A stretch of 32,549 bases of DNA from assembly GCA_037440005.1 (NCBI GenBank), contig JBBIUY010000033.1:1-32549 (forward strand), given 5' to 3'. Positions 26,643-32,549 of the stretch are shown piece by piece. This stretch comes from Armatimonadota bacterium (GTDB lineage Bacteria; Sysuimicrobiota; Sysuimicrobiia; Sysuimicrobiales; Kaftiobacteriaceae). Position 1 is the first letter of the stretch, and each line of letters begins with the position of its first letter. The notes below the pieces were generated by a model that was not told the origin of the DNA, made no database searches, and worked only from the letters and a program-made list of their open reading frames with translations. The translations under genes were made by a program, and so were the position numbers.

Positions 26643-27056
26643 ATGGTCGTCCGGGGCGTGGGGGTGGACGTGGTGGACGTGCGGCGGGTGGAGCGCGCCC
26701 TGGCCCGGTGGGGGGACGCGTTCGCCCGCCGCGTGTTCACCGCCGCCGAGCTGGAGCGCGCCCGCCCCGCCCGCGCCCGCGGCATGCGCCTGGCGGCCCG
26801 GTTTGCCGCCAAGGAGGCGGTGATGAAGGCGCTGGGACTGGGCCGGCGGGCCGGGCGGTGGCGGGAGATCGAAATCCTCCACGACCCCCATGGCAAGCCG
26901 GTGGTGGCTCTGCACGGCAACGCCCGCGCCGCCGCCGACCGGCAGGGCGTGGCGGACGTGCTGGTCAGCCTCGCCCACACCTCCCACCTGGCCGTGGCCA
27001 GCGCCGTCGCCCTCGGTCCCCCGTCGCCCGTCGCCACTGACCCAGTCTCGTCCTGA
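26643..27056 (+). CDS. acpS: Holo-ACP synthase
   Basis: GVGVDVV, RVFT..E, LAARFAAKEAVMKALG, GKP, VSLAH. Confidence 0.93.
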   Translation: MVVRGVGVDVVDVRRVERALARWGDAFARRVFTAAELERARPARARGMRLAARFAAKEAVMKALGLGRRAGRWREIEILHDPHGKPVVALHGNARAAADRQGVADVLVSLAHTSHLAVASAVALGPPSPVATDPVSS

Positions 27057-27145
27057 GCGCAAGTCCTTTGTTGATGCGACCCCACATCAGGGGACGTGCG
27101 CGCCCTGCGCGCCTGGCGCTGGTATTAGATATTTCACCCATCCTG

Positions 27146-27247
27146 CGGGTGACTGTCACCCGTCTTGTCGCGCGGTCAAGTGACTGGTCCCACGCGGAAG
27201 TTGTGGTATACAAAAAGATTCACCACCTCGTAAGGTGACTGTCACCT
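27146..27247. repeat. Pair of GGTGACTGTCACC palindromes
   Basis: CGGGTGACTGTCACCCG at 27146-27162 and AGGTGACTGTCACCT at 27233-27247. Confidence 0.8.
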
Positions 27248-27323
27248 GAAGGGAGGCTCCCGGCGGCGAGGGGGGGAGGCGGGGCCGGGGCGGCAGGAAA
27301 CGCCTCGGCGGCGCCGAAACCTA

Positions 27324-27339
27324 TGGTAAACGTTTTCCA
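27324..27339. promoter_or_regulatory. LacI-family operator overlapping a -10-like TATGGT
   Basis: TGGTAAACGTTTTCCA, near-perfect palindrome with central CG, 24 nt upstream of the LacI-family gene. Confidence 0.8.
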
Positions 27340-27363
27340 ACCAGCCCGCGCGGGAGGGAGACG

Positions 27364-28440
27364 GTGGCGACGATCCGGGACGTGGCCCGGAGGGCGGGGG
27401 TGTCGGTGGCCACCGTCTCGCGGGTGGTCAACCACAGCGCCCACCGGGTGAGCCCGCAGACCCGCCGGCGGGTCCTGGACGCCGTGGAGGCGCTGGGCTA
27501 CCAGGTGAACGTCATCGCCCAGAGCCTGAAGAAGCGGGCCTCCCGCACGGTGGCGCTCATCGTCCCCGACATCAGCAACCCGTTCTTCCCGGCCATCGCC
27601 CGGGGCATCGAGGACGTGGCCAGCCAGCACGGCTACGCGGTGCTGCTGTGCAACACCTACGAAGACCTGGCGCGGGAACGCGCCTATCTGGAGCTGCTGC
27701 GCAAGCGGTGGGTGGACGGGGTGATCTTCGCCACCGCCGGCAGCAACACCGCGCACCTGCGGGCGCTGCGCCGGGAGGGTCGGCCGGTGGTCCTGGTGGC
27801 CCGGGACGTGGACGGCGCGCCCATCGACGCCGTGCTGGTGGACAACTTCCATGGCGCCTACCAGGCCACCGCCCATCTGCTGCGGCTGGGTCACCGGCGC
27901 ATCGCCCACATCGCCGGACCCGCCTCCGTCCGGGTGGCGCAGGAGCGGCGGCGGGGCTACGAGCGGGCGCTGGCGGATGCGGGCCTGCCGGCCAGCAGCG
28001 CCCTGGTCCGCGAGGGCGACTTCACCGCCGACGGGGGCCGGCGGGCGGTGGAGGCGTGGCTGCAGCGGCGGGTGAGTCTGACGGCGATCGTGGCCGCCAA
28101 CGACCTGATGGCCATCGGGGCCATGGAGGCGCTGCGGGCCGCCGGGCGGGGGATCCCCGACGACGTGGCGGTGGTGGGGTTTGACGACATCACCTTCGCC
28201 TCCCTGGTGCAGCCGGCGTTGACCACCGTCGCCCAGCCCAAGTACCGCATGGGACAGCTGGCCATGCAGCGGCTGCTGGAGCTGATGGCCGGCGCCTCGC
28301 CGGCCGGGCGGCGCATCGTCCTGGAGCCCCAGCTGGTGATCCGCGAGTCCTGCGGGGCCCGGCGGGCGGTGGCGGTTGGCGCCGCGCCTCTGGACGCCGC
28401 GCATGCGCCGGGAGGGAACGGGGAGGAGGGACGCCGATGA
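27364..28440 (+). CDS. LacI-family transcriptional regulator
   Basis: TIRDVARRAGVSVATVSRV HTH, VPDISNPFF, ANDLMAIG, VVGFDD, LTTVAQP. Confidence 0.96.
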   Translation: MATIRDVARRAGVSVATVSRVVNHSAHRVSPQTRRRVLDAVEALGYQVNVIAQSLKKRASRTVALIVPDISNPFFPAIARGIEDVASQHGYAVLLCNTYEDLARERAYLELLRKRWVDGVIFATAGSNTAHLRALRREGRPVVLVARDVDGAPIDAVLVDNFHGAYQATAHLLRLGHRRIAHIAGPASVRVAQERRRGYERALADAGLPASSALVREGDFTADGGRRAVEAWLQRRVSLTAIVAANDLMAIGAMEALRAAGRGIPDDVAVVGFDDITFASLVQPALTTVAQPKYRMGQLAMQRLLELMAGASPAGRRIVLEPQLVIRESCGARRAVAVGAAPLDAAHAPGGNGEEGRR

Positions 28441-29606
28441 AGGGTCTGGTGCTCACCGCCGAGTGGGATCCGCGACCGGACTACCGCCTGACCGAGTGGG
28501 AGAAGACCACCCGCACGGCGATCACGGGCAGCAGCGTCTGGCGGCGGCCGCGGGTGAGCCTGGAGACGCTGCCGGATCCAGTGCCCGGACCCAAGGACGT
28601 GGTCATCCGGCCCCGGGCCTGCGGGATCTGCGGCTCGGATGTGCACTTCTACGAGACCGACCCCGACGGCTACATGCTGTACCCGGGGCTGACGCGCTTT
28701 CCCGTGGTCATCGGCCATGAGTTCAGCGGCGAGGTGCTGGAGGTGGGCCGGGAGGTCCGGGACCTGCGGCCCGGAGACATGGTCACCTGCGAGGAGATGA
28801 TCTGGTGCGGCGAGTGCGTCCCCTGCCGCAACGGCTACCCCAACCAGTGCCAGCGCCTGGAAGAGATCGGCTTCACCATCAACGGCGCCCAGGCCGAGCG
28901 CATCGTCATCGGGGCCAAGTACTGCTGGAAGATCAACGCCCTGGCCGAGCGCTACGGCAGCGCCGAGCGGGCCTTCGAGGCCGGGGCGCTGTGCGAGCCC
29001 ACCAGCGTGGCCTACAACGCCATGTTCACCCGCGCCGAGGGCTTCAAACCCGGCGGGCACGTGACCGTCTTCGGCACGGGACCCATCGGCTTCGCCGCCA
29101 TCGCCCTGGCCCGGGCGGCGGGGGCCGCCAAGATCATCGCCTTCGAGGTGTCGCCGGTGCGGGCCCAGCTGGCCCGGGCCGTCGGCGCCGACGTGGTGCT
29201 CAACCCGGTGGAGCTGGAGCGCCAGGGCACGTCGCCCCGGGAGGCCATCCTGGAGCTCACCGAGGGGGAGGGGGCGGCCATGCACGTGGAGGCGGCCGGG
29301 GCGCCGTCCCGCACCATCCCCGAGATGGAGGCGTCCCTGGCGGTAGGCGGCAAGATCGTCATGATCGGCCGCGCCGCCGAGCGCACGCCGGTGTACCTGG
29401 AGCACTTCCAGACCCACGCCGCCCAGATCTACGGCGCCCAGGGACACTCGGGGTACGGCAACTTCCCCAACGTGATCAGGCTGATGGCATCAGGCCGGAT
29501 CGACCTGACGCCGATCATCACCAGCCGGTTCCCCCTGGACCGGGCCGTGGAGGCCCTCCAGAAGGCCACCCGGCGCGAGGACGGCAAGATCATGATCCGG
29601 GGGTGA
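28437..29606 (+). CDS. iolM: Zn-dependent dehydrogenase, scyllo-inosose 3-dehydrogenase (IolM)-like
   Basis: N-terminus L.AEWDPRP..GSSVWR.P and ACGICGSDVH..TD.DGY.LYPGLT.FPV.IGHEFSG match my recollection of Thermotoga IolM; structural Zn Cys cluster; GHSG. Confidence 0.8.
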   Translation: MKGLVLTAEWDPRPDYRLTEWEKTTRTAITGSSVWRRPRVSLETLPDPVPGPKDVVIRPRACGICGSDVHFYETDPDGYMLYPGLTRFPVVIGHEFSGEVLEVGREVRDLRPGDMVTCEEMIWCGECVPCRNGYPNQCQRLEEIGFTINGAQAERIVIGAKYCWKINALAERYGSAERAFEAGALCEPTSVAYNAMFTRAEGFKPGGHVTVFGTGPIGFAAIALARAAGAAKIIAFEVSPVRAQLARAVGADVVLNPVELERQGTSPREAILELTEGEGAAMHVEAAGAPSRTIPEMEASLAVGGKIVMIGRAAERTPVYLEHFQTHAAQIYGAQGHSGYGNFPNVIRLMASGRIDLTPIITSRFPLDRAVEALQKATRREDGKIMIRG

Positions 29607-29677
29607 GGACGGAAGGGGGTGAGACCGTTACGTCGAGTCCGTGACGCACTCTGCAGGAGGAGGAGGCGATCGTCTCC

Positions 29678-30649
29678 ATGAGGCGCTTGGCTGTGGTGGG
29701 TGTGCTGGTCGCGGCGTTGGTCGCCGGCACAGGCTACGGAATTCGCCTAGCCGCCGGACCCCAACAGCTGACGTTTTACGTCATCGCCCACACAGGACCG
29801 GGAGACCCGTTCTGGGCGGTGGTCCAGCGGGGCGTGCAGGATGCGGGAAAGATGCTGGGTGTGCGCGCCATCTTCCAGGGGCCACCCCAGCGGGACATCC
29901 CGGCTCAGGTGAATATGGCGCGCGCCGCCATCAGCGCTCGCGCGTCCGGCATCGCCATCTCGGTGAGCGACCCGCCGGCGATCGGGCAGGTGATCCGCGA
30001 GGCGCGCGGGCGGGGCATCCCGGTGGTGGCCATCAACGTCAAGGAGCCCGCCGACTACAAGGGCGAGCCGATTCCCTACATGGCCTACATCGGGATGGAC
30101 GAGTACGAAGCGGGCAAGAACGTCGCGCGGTTCCTGCTGCCCAAGATTCCTCAGGGCGCGACGGTGCTGATCGCCATGCACGAGCCGGGTCACGTCGGTC
30201 TGGAAGCCCGCGCCCGGGGGATTCGCGAGGTGCTGACGGCGGAGCGCCAGGCCAAGGTGGAGACCCTCGACACCACCCAGGACCCCACGAAGGCCCTGGC
30301 GACCATGCGGGCGTTCCTCAAGGCGAACCCCAACACCAAGGCCCTGTTCACCCTGGGGCCCCTGGGAGCCATTCCCGCCATCCGCATGATCCGCGAAGAC
30401 CGGCTGGCCGGAAAGATTGTCATGGCCTCGTTTGACCTGGACCCCACGACCATTCAGGCCATCAAGGAAGGGCTCGTGGAGGCCACGGTGGACCAGCAGC
30501 AGTACCTGCAGGGGTTCATCTCCGTGGTCCAGCTGTACCTCTACGCCAAGTACGGCCTGCAGCCGGCAGACTACAACACCGGCCGCGGATTGGTGACCAA
30601 GGACACGGCGGCTGCGGTGGAATCCCTGGTGAAGCAGGGGTACCGGTGA
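29678..30649 (+). CDS. Sugar (probably inositol) ABC transporter substrate-binding protein
   Basis: Signal peptide without lipobox Cys; H..PGDPFWAVVQRG, GIPVVAIN, YIGMDEYEAG, SFDL, VDQQQYLQG. Confidence 0.9.
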   Translation: MRRLAVVGVLVAALVAGTGYGIRLAAGPQQLTFYVIAHTGPGDPFWAVVQRGVQDAGKMLGVRAIFQGPPQRDIPAQVNMARAAISARASGIAISVSDPPAIGQVIREARGRGIPVVAINVKEPADYKGEPIPYMAYIGMDEYEAGKNVARFLLPKIPQGATVLIAMHEPGHVGLEARARGIREVLTAERQAKVETLDTTQDPTKALATMRAFLKANPNTKALFTLGPLGAIPAIRMIREDRLAGKIVMASFDLDPTTIQAIKEGLVEATVDQQQYLQGFISVVQLYLYAKYGLQPADYNTGRGLVTKDTAAAVESLVKQGYR

Positions 30650-30655
30650 GCGAGT

Positions 30656-30686
30656 CCCGGGGGTGGGGGCGATCCCCACCCCCGGG
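30656..30686 (+). other. 13-bp perfect hairpin between binding-protein and permease genes
   Basis: CCCGGGGGTGGGG-GCGAT-CCCCACCCCCGGG. Confidence 0.75.
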
Positions 30687-30704
30687 CTGGCGCGGGGGCA
30701 CTCT

Positions 30705-31733
30705 ATGAGCAGGCGGGCGATCCCCGGGCAACCGCAGGCGCAGGTCGCCAGGACGGCGCCGGCGGTGCAGGTGGAGTGGCGGCGGCTGTTGGCCGTGCGC
30801 GAACTGGGCGTCCTGATCGCCCTGCTTCTGCTGATTGCCCTCTTCAGCGCGCTGCAGCCGGCCTTCCTCACCGTCGACACCTTTGGCGACATTCTCACCC
30901 AGGCAGCGGAGCTGGGTGTGGCCGCCATCGGGGTGACGTTTCTGATGATCGCCGGGGAGTTCGACCTGTCGGTGGGGTCGAACTTTGCCTTTGCGGGAGT
31001 CTTGCTGGCGTTGCTGGTGACCAAGATGGCCCTCCCCGCTGTTGTGGCGGTCCCGGTGGCGCTCCTGGCGGCGGGGCTGATCGGTCTTCTCAACGGCGTG
31101 ATCACCCTGGCGACGCGGATTCCTTCGTTCATCACCACCCTGGGGACCATGATGATGTGGCGCGGCCTGGCCCTCGCCCTCACCGGCGGGTGGCCCATCA
31201 GCATCCTTACCGCCTCCACGCTCCTGGACATCCTGGGGGGAAAGGTGGTGTGGGGAACCCTGCGCATCTCGGCGGTCTGGCTGCTGATGGTGACGGCGCT
31301 ATTCTGGCTGTTGCTGGGCAAAACGCGGTACGGCAACTGGGTCTTCGCCACGGGCGGCAAACGGGACGCGGCGCGGGCGCTCGGAGTGCCGGTCTCCCGG
31401 GTGAAGCTGATCAACTTTACATTGGCGGGAGTCCTGGCAGGTGCGGCGGGGTTCATGCAGTTCGGCCGCATGAGTTCCATGTCCCCAGTCTGGGGCGACG
31501 CGCTGGCCCTGGAGGCGATCGCGGCCGCGGTCATCGGGGGCACGTCGCTCATGGGAGGGTCCGGCACGATCCTGGGGACCATCCTTGGCGCCATTACCAT
31601 GGCGGCCATCCGGGTGGGGCTGGTCATGGTCGGAGCGCCCTCCTACTGGTACACGGCCTTCCTGGGCGTGGTGGTCGTCCTGGCGGTGATCCTGAACGTC
31701 AAGCTGGAGGAAATCTTCGCGTGGAGACGGTAA
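30705..31733 (+). CDS. Sugar ABC transporter permease (RbsC-like)
   Basis: GEFDLSVGS, IPSFITTLG, ATGG..AARALGV, LEAIAAAVIGGTSL.GG.G. Confidence 0.93.
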   Translation: MSRRAIPGQPQAQVARTAPAVQVEWRRLLAVRELGVLIALLLLIALFSALQPAFLTVDTFGDILTQAAELGVAAIGVTFLMIAGEFDLSVGSNFAFAGVLLALLVTKMALPAVVAVPVALLAAGLIGLLNGVITLATRIPSFITTLGTMMMWRGLALALTGGWPISILTASTLLDILGGKVVWGTLRISAVWLLMVTALFWLLLGKTRYGNWVFATGGKRDAARALGVPVSRVKLINFTLAGVLAGAAGFMQFGRMSSMSPVWGDALALEAIAAAVIGGTSLMGGSGTILGTILGAITMAAIRVGLVMVGAPSYWYTAFLGVVVVLAVILNVKLEEIFAWRR

Positions 31734-32503
31734 CGGCGTCCACGCACCCCTTGCTGGAAGCCCGCGGCATCACCAAGGCGTTCGGCACGGTCCAGGCCCT
31801 GGTGGGGGTGGACTTCCACGTGGGCTACCGGGAAGTGGTCGGCCTGGTGGGGGACAACGGCGCAGGGAAGTCGACCCTCATCAAGATCCTGACCGGAGTC
31901 TATCAGCCGGACGCTGGCCAGCTGTTCTTCGAAGGCCGGCCGATCAGGCTGAGCTCTCCCAAGGAAGCCCGAGCCCTGGGCATCGAGACCGTGTACCAGG
32001 ACTTGGCCTTGGTGGAGCAGATGAGCATCGCGCGCAACTTCTTTCTCGGGAACGAACCCGTCCGTCGGATCGGCCCGATCGCCGTCCTGGATACGGGCAC
32101 GATGCACCGGGTCACCGAGCAGGTGTTGCGCGAGATCGGGATCACGACGTTGCGATCGTCATCTCAGGACGTGGGCGTCCTGTCGGGTGGAGAGCGTCAG
32201 GCCATTGCCATCGGGCGGACGATGCACTTCGGGGCGAAACTCATCATCCTCGACGAGCCCACATCGGCCCTGTCCGTCAAGGAAACCCGGAAGGTCCTGG
32301 ACTACATTCAGGAGGCCAAGAGGCGGGGGCTGTCGGTGATCTTCATCACCCACAACCTGTACCACGTCTATCCCGTCTCCGACCGGATCGTGGTGTTGGA
32401 TCATGGGCGCAAGGTGGGAGATTTCGCGCGCCAGGAGGTGTCCGTCGAGGATCTGGTCGATCTGATTACACTGCCCCGGGGAGGGACGCGGGCGGGTGGG
32501 TGA
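31721..32503 (+). CDS. Sugar ABC transporter ATP-binding protein (single NBD)
   Basis: GDNGAGKST, GIETVYQDLAL, LSGGERQ, ILDEPT, ITHN; GGAGG before GTG 31721. Confidence 0.93.
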   Translation: METVTASTHPLLEARGITKAFGTVQALVGVDFHVGYREVVGLVGDNGAGKSTLIKILTGVYQPDAGQLFFEGRPIRLSSPKEARALGIETVYQDLALVEQMSIARNFFLGNEPVRRIGPIAVLDTGTMHRVTEQVLREIGITTLRSSSQDVGVLSGGERQAIAIGRTMHFGAKLIILDEPTSALSVKETRKVLDYIQEAKRRGLSVIFITHNLYHVYPVSDRIVVLDHGRKVGDFARQEVSVEDLVDLITLPRGGTRAGG

Positions 32504-32549
32504 GCTGTGCCCGTGCCTGGACGCGCTTTTCGCCGGCCGGCCCGCCGAC

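Noticed and set aside
26890..27213. Small ORFs or a transposase remnant in the acpS-lacI gap
   Set aside because: No HUH/Y1 or DDE motif is recognisable and the ORFs overlap acpS

Overview
High-GC bacterial chromosomal segment, mostly housekeeping and envelope genes. The host looks like a diderm Terrabacterium (Armatimonadota/CSP1-3-like; inference from gene content only). In order: an lpxB-like gene and msbA-like exporter on the minus strand, divergent from a short LptD-like gene; a HEPN-MNT toxin-antitoxin pair; a surface-polysaccharide cluster (PMM/PGM, two SDR epimerases, GT4, UDP-sugar 6-dehydrogenase, a WecA/MraY-family gene fused to a CapD/PglF-type N-terminal module, a sugar-1-P nucleotidyltransferase); two paralogous LysM-NlpC/P60 hydrolases flanking rplM-rpsI; a cDPGS-like P-loop protein (candidate arginine synthetase ArcE) next to ornithine carbamoyltransferase; cdaA-cdaR-glmM-tagA-like-glmS-Trm112-like-acpS; and a LacI-regulated Thermotoga-type inositol locus (iolM plus ABC transporter). 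Non-coding highlights: an expanded ~276-nt glmS ribozyme; a 36/37-bp tandem array after rpsI derived from a REP-like palindrome that also sits in-frame inside lpxB; an 8-mer repeat inside the PMM/PGM gene; twin GGTGACTGTCACC palindromes; and a probably leaderless, Arg-codon-rich, hairpin-forming 5' end on the ArcE-like gene. All calls come from reading the sequence; no searches were run.
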